A DNA stretch of 64,000 nucleotides from an uncultured Candidatus Saccharibacteria bacterium (GTDB lineage: Bacteria; Patescibacteriota; Minisyncoccia; CAIUEV01; JAHKAQ01): assembly GCA_964598205.1 (NCBI GenBank), contig CAZRBB010000001.1:92199-156198 (forward strand), in the 5' to 3' direction. Below are positions 45,979 to 55,742 of this stretch, piece after piece (the stretch's first letter is position 1; each line of letters opens with the position of its first letter). The notes under the pieces were generated by a model. The model ran no database searches, was not told the origin of the DNA, and worked only from the letters and a program-made list of their open reading frames with translations. Position numbers and translations under genes: made by a program.

Positions 45979-46998
45979 ATGAAAAATAAAATAAAAATTG
46001 CTATTGCCGATTTTCGCCCTTTGATTATCGACGACAATGAGAAGTATAAAGGGTTTGAAATAGATTTATGGGAAGCAATTGCCAAGGCGATTGATGTTGA
46101 TTTTGAATATGAGAAGCGCGATTTCAAAGAAATCATCCCTTTATTAGCCAAGAAGAAAATTGATGTCGGCTTGGCAGGTATAACCATTAAAGAAGATCGC
46201 GAAAGAGTCATGGATTTCTCCCACCCAATACTAGATTCAGGATTGTTAATTTCTGTAAATAAAAATAGAAACAAACCCCGTTTTTTAAAAAGCATTAAAA
46301 ATATTCTAATCGAAAGCCATAAAGCGCTTACTTCGATAATGCTTGGATTGCTTTCTTTTATCTTTATTTTTGGGAATCTACTATGGCTTTCCGAAAGAAG
46401 TGCTCCCACATTCAGCAAGAGTTATTTCCCGGGAATTTTTGAATCGTTCTGGTTAGTGCTTGTTTCTATGGCAACGGTTGGTTATGGGGACTACATTCCG
46501 TATACTTGGCTTGGAAAAATAATCACTTCAATAATTATAATCGGTGGCACCGTAGCTTTTGGTTTCGTGGTTGCGCAATTCACCGCTTTTTTAGCGGTTA
46601 AAAAAATAAAAGGAGAAATTAATAACAGCAGAGATTTATTCGGCAAGAAAGTTGCTACCATTGGAAGATCAACGAGCGAAAACATTTTAAAGAAAGTTGG
46701 TGCAAAAGTGGTTGAGGTTTTAAATATTGACGAAGCTTATGCCAAGCTGGAAAATGAAGAAGTTGATGCTGTTGTTTTTGATGCTCCAGCAGTTATTTAC
46801 TACGAGAAAAAGAATAAAGATTCCAATATAGAAATTGTTGGCGAAATATTCGACAAACAACAATATGGTATTGCCTTGCAACAGGGGAGTCTCCTACGGG
46901 AAAAAATTAATTTAGCGATCTTTAATCTTCAAGAGTCTGGTCAGTATGATTTAATTTACAGAAAATGGTTTGGTGATGATTTGGCAATGGAAGTTTAA
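45979..46998 (+). CDS. GluR0-like ligand-gated potassium channel
   Basis: Split amino-acid-binding domain (GFEIDLW...; DAVVFD...YGIAL) around M1-pore-M2 with TVGYGD filter. Confidence 0.88.
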   Translation: MKNKIKIAIADFRPLIIDDNEKYKGFEIDLWEAIAKAIDVDFEYEKRDFKEIIPLLAKKKIDVGLAGITIKEDRERVMDFSHPILDSGLLISVNKNRNKPRFLKSIKNILIESHKALTSIMLGLLSFIFIFGNLLWLSERSAPTFSKSYFPGIFESFWLVLVSMATVGYGDYIPYTWLGKIITSIIIIGGTVAFGFVVAQFTAFLAVKKIKGEINNSRDLFGKKVATIGRSTSENILKKVGAKVVEVLNIDEAYAKLENEEVDAVVFDAPAVIYYEKKNKDSNIEIVGEIFDKQQYGIALQQGSLLREKINLAIFNLQESGQYDLIYRKWFGDDLAMEV

Positions 46999-47013
46999 TT
47001 TTTATTTTGATTC

Positions 47014-47490
47014 ATGAAAACGCTTATTGTTTTTTATTCTCGCACTGGTACTACTCAAAAATTAGCTCAAGCGCTTGCGGAAGAATTGGGTAATAATGCG
47101 GTCTTAGAAGAAATCAAAGACACGGCAAACCGTGCTGGGGTTAGAGGATATCTTCTTTCTGGCAGGGATGCGACGCTTCGTAAATTAACCAAACTAGAAC
47201 CTTTTCAAAACGATCCAAACGACTTTGATTTGGTTGCAGTGGGAACGCCAATTTGGTCTTGGAATTTATCCACTCCTATTCGTACTTATTTAGAAAACAA
47301 TAAAGATAGATTCAAAAAAACTGCTTTTTTTGCCGTAATGGGAGGGTCTGGCACCGAACGAGCAGCCAAAGAAATGGAGAAAATAACGGGGATTAAAAAT
47401 CAAGCAATTTTAGGAGTAAAAACAACAGAAATAATTAAAGGAGACCTTACAAAAGAACTAACAAATTTTTCAGAATCTCTACTAAATTAG
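47014..47490 (+). CDS. Flavodoxin-like protein
   Basis: FYSRTGTT, GTPIW. Confidence 0.88.
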   Translation: MKTLIVFYSRTGTTQKLAQALAEELGNNAVLEEIKDTANRAGVRGYLLSGRDATLRKLTKLEPFQNDPNDFDLVAVGTPIWSWNLSTPIRTYLENNKDRFKKTAFFAVMGGSGTERAAKEMEKITGIKNQAILGVKTTEIIKGDLTKELTNFSESLLN

Positions 47491-47517
47491 TGTAAAAAAG
47501 TTTACTATTTAGCTAAT

Positions 47518-49407
47518 TCAAGAAGAAAGATTATCGTAGAAACAATAATCTTTAGATATCTGTAAATCAAAGATAGAAAAATATCCCCACATAAAAGAAG
47601 GCTTGCTTTCTATTTTTAGCTCATTCACCCCTTCCTTAACATAGTCTGTTATTTCAAATATATAATATTCTTGAAATTTTTGACTTTCTTTTGCTTTTAT
47701 TTCTCTCCCATCAATTCTAAAAGAATCAATTTTGATCGATTGAGGATGAAAAGTTCTTTTTGGGATAATGATCCATTTTTCGTTATTGTTGATACCGTTC
47801 TTCTTGTTTAGATAGTTTATTTTGATGGTGGTCTCTTGCTCCTTTGAAAGACCCATTGGTAATCGAATTTTATTCCAGGTTTTATCATTTTCATTGAAAG
47901 AGGCAAGACTTGAATAATCAAGAGAAGAATCCAGAGAGATTAATACAATATTTTTTCCAACATCTAGTTTTGTTTTTTTATTAACAATTGATTCAATGCA
48001 AAAATCTTTTTTTAAAAAAAACATATAATGTTCTTCCGAGTAGTTGTTTTTAATGTAAGAAGTGTCTTCATTTAAGAAGATGTTACTACTCGGATTTCCT
48101 TCGTTCATAAAAATCGGACGGGAAGAAAAACCAAAGAGATTATCTGGACTTCCGTTTTTATTGTTCTGCATACCCAAAGAAGTATAGGCTTCGCTAATTT
48201 CTCTTTTGGTTTTTAGGGTCAAAAGATTGCCGTGGTCTTCTGGGATATATCCCAAGATATTGGTGAGTCTTAGAAAAAACAAGATAAAAAAAAGATTGCC
48301 AGTAAGAAAAACAATTATAAAAATGGTGCTGATTTTTTTAGAAAACGAATAATGATTCTCGTTTCCTAAAAAATCAGCGAGGAAAATACCTATGAAAATA
48401 TAAATAAGCGGGAAAAAGAACCAGTAAAATCTGGCTCCACTATTTGCAAGGAAAAGAAAAGGAAGGAAAGAGGTTATAGAAAAAACAATTAATATTCTTG
48501 TTTTTCTATTTCTTTTAAAAATCAGAGAAAAACAAGAAAAGAAAAAAATAATAGGAATAAAATAAAGAGAATAATTCCAAGGCTTAAGAGAGGTAGACAT
48601 TGCCGTATAGGTATTAGACATTCTAAATATCAACATTTTTCCTACATAAGAAAGATGATTTTCTAGTTTAATATTATCTTTTGCTATAAGACTGGAAAAA
48701 TTTTGAATCTTTTCACTTCCCTCTTTTTTTTCAAAGAGAGCGTGTAGAAAAAAAGAATTTAACAAAACGGCTGTTAAGAAACCTAAAATAAGATATTTTT
48801 TATTTATTTTTGATCTAAAAATTACAAGAGTAACTAAGGATGCAAATATCAGATTCACTAAGGAAAAATGAATATGGAATGCTAAAGAAAAAATAATAGG
48901 CAGAAAAAATATTTTTTTATTTTTTGGATAAAAAATAATTTCATACAAAAGCCAAAGTAAAAGAATGGTAAAAAGGGGAGCAGGAGTGGGATTAGTAAAT
49001 CTTCTTGAATAAATAATAATAATTGGCGAAAAAGCATAAAATAAAGAAGCCAAGAGAGCGGATTTATAGCTAAAAAATTTCTTTAAGAATAGGTAAAGAA
49101 AGGCAATTGAAGCCACATTCAGGACAATATTGAACAGATAAAGAGAGATAATGTTCTTAAATAAATAGAGAATAATGGCGTAAGAGTAAAAAAGAAAAGG
49201 TCCTAGCAGAATAAATGTAGAAGAAACTCTCGGTCCGGGCACACTAAGGAAATTATCCAATCCTATTCCTTTAGCAGTACGGAAGAATGCCTCTTCGTCA
49301 AAGTCAAAAATAACATTTTCTATGAAAATTAATCTTACAAAAAGAGCTACTCCAAGAACAAAAAAAAAGAGCTTGTTTTTTTTAAGAAATTCCCAAAATA
49401 TCTTCAT
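47518..49407 (-). CDS. ArnT/PMT-like GT-C glycosyltransferase, very AT-rich
   Basis: FDFDE, LGPFLFY, FSP..IIYSR.FTNP, HIHFS; multiple TMs. Confidence 0.8.
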   Translation of the reverse strand: MKIFWEFLKKNKLFFFVLGVALFVRLIFIENVIFDFDEEAFFRTAKGIGLDNFLSVPGPRVSSTFILLGPFLFYSYAIILYLFKNIISLYLFNIVLNVASIAFLYLFLKKFFSYKSALLASLFYAFSPIIIIYSRRFTNPTPAPLFTILLLWLLYEIIFYPKNKKIFFLPIIFSLAFHIHFSLVNLIFASLVTLVIFRSKINKKYLILGFLTAVLLNSFFLHALFEKKEGSEKIQNFSSLIAKDNIKLENHLSYVGKMLIFRMSNTYTAMSTSLKPWNYSLYFIPIIFFFSCFSLIFKRNRKTRILIVFSITSFLPFLFLANSGARFYWFFFPLIYIFIGIFLADFLGNENHYSFSKKISTIFIIVFLTGNLFFILFFLRLTNILGYIPEDHGNLLTLKTKREISEAYTSLGMQNNKNGSPDNLFGFSSRPIFMNEGNPSSNIFLNEDTSYIKNNYSEEHYMFFLKKDFCIESIVNKKTKLDVGKNIVLISLDSSLDYSSLASFNENDKTWNKIRLPMGLSKEQETTIKINYLNKKNGINNNEKWIIIPKRTFHPQSIKIDSFRIDGREIKAKESQKFQEYYIFEITDYVKEGVNELKIESKPSFMWGYFSIFDLQISKDYCFYDNLSS

Positions 49408-49617
49408 ATAAAAAAGAAAATAAACAAAAGACTAGTCAACAATACATTATGCCCAGTCCGTGGTAAAGTCTTTAGATTAGATATTTTTCTGGGCTAGTTT
49501 TAGTAATTAGCTTTTGGTAAAATAAAAAACGGCTACATGATTCCGAAAGAACTAATATTCTAAGTTTAAGTGGTTAAATTTTATTAGAAAACGCATAAAT
49601 TATTATTTTTTAAAACT

Positions 49618-51039
49618 ATGAACATTAATCCCAATATTTTTCGTGGTTATGATTTACGGGGAATTGCCGGCAAAGATTTAACCCCAGAAATAGTGGAGCA
49701 CTTAGGTCGGGCTTTTGGAACTTATTTAAAAAGAAAAGGTCATAAGGTAGCGTTGATTAGTCGTGATTCTCGAGCCACGAGTGAATCTTATGGCGAAGCT
49801 TTGGCCAGGGGTATTAGTCAAACTGGTTTAGCCGTAACAGACATTGGCTTAAGCTTGGTAGGCATGTTTTATTGGGCGGGGCATTACCTAAAGATTCCCG
49901 GTGGCGCTTTTGTTACAGCTTCTCACAATCCAGCGGAATATAACGGATTCAAATTTGCTCATGATTATTCAGAAACCCTAGTAGAAGAGGGGATGATTGA
50001 ACTACGACGAATGATTACAGAAGAAGATTATGATCTCACAGATGTTCCTGGAGAAATCAAAAAAGAAAACATTAAAGCGGCTTATTTGGCCGATTTAAAA
50101 AATCGTTTTTCTTTTAAAAAGAAATTTAAGGTGGTGGTAGATGCTGGCTTTGCTACGGCAGGTGTTTTTATACCGGATTTTTTAAGAGAGTTTGGCTGCG
50201 AAGTAGTAGAAGCAAATTGCGAGCTGGATTCAACCTTTCCTTTGGGTGCACCCGATCCTACAGAAACAGCAGTGGCCAAAAGACTTGCCGATCGGGTAAT
50301 TGCCGAAAAAGCGGATTTAGGATTTTCCTTTGATGCTGATGGTGACCGCATAGGAATTGTAGACAATAACGGTCTAATCATTTGGAACGATGTCCTTGTA
50401 GCTATTTTTGCTGCAAACACGCTAACCAAGCATCCTGGTTCAACAATCATGTTCAATACTCTTTGTTCTAAGGCAGTTGCCGAAACCATCTTAAAGCACG
50501 GCGGAAAGGCGTTTATGTGGCGGACTGGCCATTCGTTTTTAAAGAAGAAAAATCAAGAAGTTAAAGCGGCTTTTATTGGCGAGCTTTCTGGTCATTTTTT
50601 CTTTTCTCGCGATTTTTATAATCACGATGACGGCGCTTATTCGGCACTTTCTCTCTTAGATTTTTTAGACAAGTCAGGGCTTTTGTTGTCCGAAGCAGTA
50701 ACCGAAATACCGCAATATATTTCTAGTCCAGAAATCAAAATTGGTTGCGCGGACAATTTAAAAGTTGAATTAATGAAAAAAATTGCCCAAAAATTAAGAA
50801 TTGATTTTCCGGAATCAGAAGTAATAGACGACGATCGTGCTGGAGATGGAGTGCGATTAGAAGCTCCAGATTCCATGATGGTGATTCGTTATTCACAAAA
50901 CGGGCCGTATTTGACTATTAAATTTGAATCCAAGAAAGAGGAGAGATATCAAGAAATAAAAAAATATTTAAAGAAATTACTTTCAGACTACAAAGAAGTA
51001 GATTGGAGTTTTGGTGTTAACTTAGAAACGCTAGATTAA
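49618..51039 (+). CDS. Phosphomannomutase/phosphoglucomutase
   Basis: FRGYDLRG, TASHNP, FDADGDR, GELSGH. Confidence 0.94.
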   Translation: MNINPNIFRGYDLRGIAGKDLTPEIVEHLGRAFGTYLKRKGHKVALISRDSRATSESYGEALARGISQTGLAVTDIGLSLVGMFYWAGHYLKIPGGAFVTASHNPAEYNGFKFAHDYSETLVEEGMIELRRMITEEDYDLTDVPGEIKKENIKAAYLADLKNRFSFKKKFKVVVDAGFATAGVFIPDFLREFGCEVVEANCELDSTFPLGAPDPTETAVAKRLADRVIAEKADLGFSFDADGDRIGIVDNNGLIIWNDVLVAIFAANTLTKHPGSTIMFNTLCSKAVAETILKHGGKAFMWRTGHSFLKKKNQEVKAAFIGELSGHFFFSRDFYNHDDGAYSALSLLDFLDKSGLLLSEAVTEIPQYISSPEIKIGCADNLKVELMKKIAQKLRIDFPESEVIDDDRAGDGVRLEAPDSMMVIRYSQNGPYLTIKFESKKEERYQEIKKYLKKLLSDYKEVDWSFGVNLETLD

Positions 51040-52019
51040 ATTAATCCCATTTTTTGTTTCACTTCCCTCATCTTCTCTTGGGCCAACAAAGAGGCTTTCT
51101 CGCTACCTTTTTGAAGGATAACTTTTATTTCTTGGTCGCTTATTTTTTTTGCTTTCTCTTGGTGAGATTCTAAGAATTCTTGAACTTTCTCCCCAAGATC
51201 ATTTTTAAACTGAGCATAACCTTGATTTTGGTATTTGGCTTCTAGCTCCTCTATGGGGGTATTTGTTATAAGGGAATAAATAGTCAATAGGTTAGATATT
51301 CCTGGTCTCTCTGGATCCATCTGAACTAAAGACAAAGAATCAGTGGTTGCTTTCTTTATTTTCTTCTCTGCTATTTTTGGATCTTCGGCCAGGAGAATAT
51401 AATTTTCTAAAGAACTGGCTGACTTGCTCATTTTTACGGTCGGATCATCTAGTCCCATAATGCGACAGCCTTCTTCTTTGTTTTTAATCAAAGGTTCCGG
51501 AATAGTAAATGTATCACCGTACTTTTTATTAAATCGTTCAGCAAGCGTTCGGGCTAATTCTAAATGTTGTTTTTGATCCTCACCAACAGGAACAATCTTG
51601 GTACTATAAAGCAGAATATCGGCTGCCATTAAAACTGGATAACTAAAAAGCCCTAGATTAATATTTTCCTTGTTCTTTTGAGATTTTTCTTTGAACTGAG
51701 TCATTCTTTCTAACTCGCCGGTTTTAGCAAAGACGGAAAGAATCCAAGAAAGCTCAACATGCTCTTTAATATGGGATTGAATAAAGAGAATTGATTTTTC
51801 GGGATCAATACCGCTAGCTAAGTATTGCCTAGTAACTTCTAGAACATTTTTTTTCAAGGTTTTTGGATCGCAAGGTACAGTTAATGAATGAAGATCGACT
51901 ACGCAGAAAAGACTTTTGTAATTTTCTTGAAGAGGAATGGCGTTTCTAATAGCTCCAAAGTAATTACCCAAATGTAAATTTCCTGTGGGCTGAATTCCGG
52001 TGAAAAGACGCGACTTCAT
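51036..52019 (-). CDS. trpS: Tryptophanyl-tRNA synthetase
   Basis: GIQPTG, HLGN, VPVGEDQKQH, KMSKS. Confidence 0.97.
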   Translation of the reverse strand: MKSRLFTGIQPTGNLHLGNYFGAIRNAIPLQENYKSLFCVVDLHSLTVPCDPKTLKKNVLEVTRQYLASGIDPEKSILFIQSHIKEHVELSWILSVFAKTGELERMTQFKEKSQKNKENINLGLFSYPVLMAADILLYSTKIVPVGEDQKQHLELARTLAERFNKKYGDTFTIPEPLIKNKEEGCRIMGLDDPTVKMSKSASSLENYILLAEDPKIAEKKIKKATTDSLSLVQMDPERPGISNLLTIYSLITNTPIEELEAKYQNQGYAQFKNDLGEKVQEFLESHQEKAKKISDQEIKVILQKGSEKASLLAQEKMREVKQKMGLI

Positions 52020-52141
52020 TTTTTTCTTAAATAATTTCGATGTGTTTGTTTGGTAAAATCTGAACATTTTTGCTCGCCTTTGTTTTCCGTCGCCACCGAA
52101 TTTCGTGCCAGCGAAACTGGAGAGCCACCTCTCACCTCTTC

Positions 52142-53314
52142 TTATTTCATAGCTTGCAAATCATTTTTCAGTTTTGAAATCTGTTCAATAAGAAGCGTAT
52201 TAGCCGTCAAAATAATAATGAAAATAATAATAAGCGAGTTTCCTCCCAAAAATATACCGCCCATTATCGCTACAATAGATGCGCCCAAGGTCGTAACAAT
52301 ATTATCCATAGCTACGCCTACAATAGCATCACCAATACGACCCTTAGGATTGATTGCAAAGTTGTGGACTACAAGCATTTCACCGAAACAACCAATAAGC
52401 CCAGCCATTATGCCTGTAACGACAAACGGAATGTGTGTTAGATGAGAAAAAACTTCCATGGTTCTAATCATGCTTTCTGCTGCAAATAAAATAGCTACAC
52501 CAGACAAAACTAAATCTAACCAAATTCGCCATGACCCCTGTTTGTCATAATATCGTTCTTCTTCAATAATTTCTTTAATTGGTGATTCGGGTCGTTGGCT
52601 CTTGCGAAAATAAAAAAGAATGCCCGCACAAAGGATAAATAAAGCGATGCCCACAGGTAGAATCAACTGATAAAGATCTCCTGAAATTTTCTCTTCCTCG
52701 TCTTTGACTTGGCCGAACAAAACCATACTAATTGCCACAAAAGCTGTTAGCATAGTTAAAGCCGTCAAAATGCGAATTGCGCCATCCATCTCCTTAATCG
52801 ATGGCTTAATAGTGTGCTCCTCAAGTGGCTTTAAGCTTCCGCCAGCTTTGAAAAACGGAAACATAAGCACAGTCTTGTGTCTTAGGTTTGCCAAATTTTG
52901 CCGATAAATACACCAAACCGCATGTAAGATGTTATAGATGTTAGAACCAAAAGTGGTTGAGGCTGCAATAATAGCTAAGTTAATGGCACGCACATAATCC
53001 GTACTTCTGACCTGTAAAGAAATAAAGGCGGCCACTACACCGATTACCATATCCGGAAAGGCAGTTCCGAATGCCTGAAGAAATCCACCTGCCAATTTTG
53101 TTCTATCTTTTAGAACATCGGTGGTTTCCTCAATCACCTTTGCCGTGCCACGGAAAATATAACCAATACCAATGCCGAAAATTAATACAATAGCTAAAGC
53201 CTGTAACCACCAAACCTCAGTACCTTCCAAAATTTTGTCTACAATTAGGAAACGTAAACCCAAAGCTACGGCTATATAAACAAGGATCTTAAAAAATTGG
53301 TTTTTAGTCTGCAT
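52142..53314 (-). CDS. Cation/Ca2+ exchanger (CaCA)-like membrane protein
   Basis: Alpha-repeat-like AFGTAFPD and GSNIYNI; about 10 TMs. Confidence 0.6.
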   Translation of the reverse strand: MQTKNQFFKILVYIAVALGLRFLIVDKILEGTEVWWLQALAIVLIFGIGIGYIFRGTAKVIEETTDVLKDRTKLAGGFLQAFGTAFPDMVIGVVAAFISLQVRSTDYVRAINLAIIAASTTFGSNIYNILHAVWCIYRQNLANLRHKTVLMFPFFKAGGSLKPLEEHTIKPSIKEMDGAIRILTALTMLTAFVAISMVLFGQVKDEEEKISGDLYQLILPVGIALFILCAGILFYFRKSQRPESPIKEIIEEERYYDKQGSWRIWLDLVLSGVAILFAAESMIRTMEVFSHLTHIPFVVTGIMAGLIGCFGEMLVVHNFAINPKGRIGDAIVGVAMDNIVTTLGASIVAIMGGIFLGGNSLIIIFIIILTANTLLIEQISKLKNDLQAMK

Positions 53315-53324
53315 AAAAATTTAT

Positions 53325-53399
53325 CTATTTTATCAATTCACCAACACTAACATTGAGGGCTTTCGCTACTTTTTTCAAGGTTTTGAGCGTTGAAGTATA
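53325..53399 (-). pseudogene. C-terminal remnant of an XRE/Cro helix-turn-helix regulator
   Basis: Start-less YTSTLKTLKKVAKALNVSVGELIK-stop. Confidence 0.65.
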
Positions 53400-53509
53400 A
53401 CTAAACTTATTAACACTATTACAATAATAGTCTAAGATTTATTCTTAGTAAAGAACAGGCGACGCATTTCGCAAAGCGAAATACGAAATTTGGCGACAGA
53501 AAGCGAGGG

Positions 53510-53582
53510 TGGGCGCAGGGGGATTCGAACCCTCGACCAATTGGTTAAGAGCCAACTGCTCTACCAGCTGAGCTATGCGCCC
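53510..53582 (-). tRNA. tRNA-Lys(CTT)
   Basis: GGGCGCA acceptor, GTTGG-CTCTTAA-CCAAT, GGTTCGAATCC. Confidence 0.96.
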
Positions 53583-53719
53583 TTATATTCAACTAATTTC
53601 CCAAAAGTTCATAATTGAATAAAGTTTTTCCATTCTACATTTTTCTAGGCAAACCGCAAACCAAAATCCATCGCTACAGCTTTGGTTATAAGAAAGCCAA
53701 AGCTGTAGTTTATCCAAAA

Positions 53720-55582
53720 CTAAACTTCGATAATTACTGGCAAAACCATTGGCCGTCTCTGAGTCTTGTTAAAAAGAAACAAACCGATTTCATCTCTAAT
53801 AGAGTTTCGAACATACTCCCAGTTAATAGCGTGCATTCCTCCTGTTTTTTTGTGAATTAATTCCCTAATCACTTGGCGAGTTTGTTTTAACAGTTCTTGG
53901 TTGTTTTTCATGTAGATAAATCCTCGAGAAATTAAATCGGCATTTCCTATTTGATCACCGGTTTTAGAATCGATGGTCACAATAATAGTGAACATACCGT
54001 CCTTAGCCATTTGCATTCTTTCTCGCAGTACAACATTACCAATATCGCCAACACCCAAACCATCTACCATTACATAATTGGCAGGAACTTTAATTGAAGT
54101 TACGCGCCCCTCTCCTTGTTTATTGAATTCAATAATTCGGCCATTTTCACCAATTAAAACATTCTCTTCCTTCATGCCTAAACCAGTTGCCAATTCACCG
54201 TGAAGTCGGAGCATGTAGTGATTGCCATGGATGGGAATTAGGTAGCGCGGCTTAACAAGATTAAGCATTAACTTTAAATCTTCAGAGCAACCATGGCCTC
54301 CCGAATGAACATCCATCATTTGATAATGGATAACATGGACACCTTTTTTATAAAGTCCATCTTTTAGGTTTTGAACGGTGCGTTCATTTCCTGGAATAAC
54401 CGAAGAGGAAAAAATAATAGTATCTCCTTTGTGCGGTTCAATATAACGATGTTCACCGTTGGCAATGCGCATTAAAACGGCATTTCCTTCTCCTTGCGCA
54501 CCGGTGCACATAACAATGATTTTGTTTGGTGGATATTCATTAACTTGAGAAATGTCTATAAAGGTGTCTTTTCGAGATTTGATATAGCCCAGCTTTTTGG
54601 CAATTTCCAAATTAGTTTTCATGGAATAGCCGTCTACCGCGATTTTCTTGCCATACTTTTCGGAAATCTCTACCATGTGCCGGATTCTTGTTAAGAGCGT
54701 AGAAAATGTACCGGCAATAATTCGGCCTTCTGCCTTTTGAATAATTTCTTCAAAAGAATCTTTTACCTTGCTTTCGGAAATGGCATATCCAGGACTACCT
54801 GAATGAGTAGAGTCGCTCATTAAAGCCAAGATTCCTTTTTGAGAAAGAATCGCAATTTTGGCTATATCCGTTGGTTGATCACCAATCGGGTTCTGATCAA
54901 ATTTGAAATCACCAGTATGCACAACGGTTCCAACTGGGGTGTGAATGGCTACTCCCAAAGAATCAGGGATAGAATGACACACATGAAAAAATTCTAACTC
55001 AAAAGTACCCAATCTAATTTTATCTTCTGCTGTTACGGTTTTAATATTCAATTTTGGATTATCTTTATATTCTTCCTGTCTTTTGGCAATAATCGCTCCG
55101 GTCATACCACCAGCGTAAATAGGCGGATTACCCAAAACTTTAATGTGATGGGGGATAGCCCCGATATGATCCATGTGACCGTGAGTAATGAAAATTCCCC
55201 GGATTCTATCGGTTTTGTCTCGTAGGTAGCGAGAATTAGGAATAATATAATCAATCCCAGGCATTTCTTCGTCTGGAAATTGCAACCCCATATCTACAAT
55301 AATAATGTCTTTTTCATACTCAAAGACGGTCATGTTAAGACCAACTTGCTCCAAGCCTCCTAAAGGGATAATTCTTAGTTTGCCAGGAGAGCTTTGAGGG
55401 ATGTTATGGCTAGCAAACTGTAGATCTTCTTTATTATCGCCACGCAAAACGATACCACCAGCGTGGTATTTTTTTTCTTGGCCACCGCGTCTAGCTGTAT
55501 GAACCGAAGACGGAAGTTTTTTAGGAACCACAACTAAATCTTTTTTAATAGGAAGTGGTGCCGGTTTTTGTTTTCTAAACAT
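53720..55582 (-). CDS. rnj: Ribonuclease J
   Basis: PLGGLEQVGLNM, THGHMDHIG, HTGDFK, HSGGH. Confidence 0.96.
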   Translation of the reverse strand: MFRKQKPAPLPIKKDLVVVPKKLPSSVHTARRGGQEKKYHAGGIVLRGDNKEDLQFASHNIPQSSPGKLRIIPLGGLEQVGLNMTVFEYEKDIIIVDMGLQFPDEEMPGIDYIIPNSRYLRDKTDRIRGIFITHGHMDHIGAIPHHIKVLGNPPIYAGGMTGAIIAKRQEEYKDNPKLNIKTVTAEDKIRLGTFELEFFHVCHSIPDSLGVAIHTPVGTVVHTGDFKFDQNPIGDQPTDIAKIAILSQKGILALMSDSTHSGSPGYAISESKVKDSFEEIIQKAEGRIIAGTFSTLLTRIRHMVEISEKYGKKIAVDGYSMKTNLEIAKKLGYIKSRKDTFIDISQVNEYPPNKIIVMCTGAQGEGNAVLMRIANGEHRYIEPHKGDTIIFSSSVIPGNERTVQNLKDGLYKKGVHVIHYQMMDVHSGGHGCSEDLKLMLNLVKPRYLIPIHGNHYMLRLHGELATGLGMKEENVLIGENGRIIEFNKQGEGRVTSIKVPANYVMVDGLGVGDIGNVVLRERMQMAKDGMFTIIVTIDSKTGDQIGNADLISRGFIYMKNNQELLKQTRQVIRELIHKKTGGMHAINWEYVRNSIRDEIGLFLFNKTQRRPMVLPVIIEV

Positions 55583-55610
55583 TGGAAAATTATTTATAAA
55601 CTAATAAAAG

Positions 55611-55695
55611 TGCCGAGAGAGGGACTTGAACCCTCAAGGGCAAAAAGCCCACTAGCTCCTGAAGCTAGCGTGTCTACCAATTTCACCATCTCGGC
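55611..55695 (-). tRNA. tRNA-Leu(CAG)
   Basis: GCCGAGA acceptor, CTAGC-TTCAGGA-GCTAG, long variable arm. Confidence 0.96.
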
Positions 55696-55742
55696 GGATA
55701 AAAAAAGAGACAATATTTATTTTTATTTTTCTAAAACTAAGA

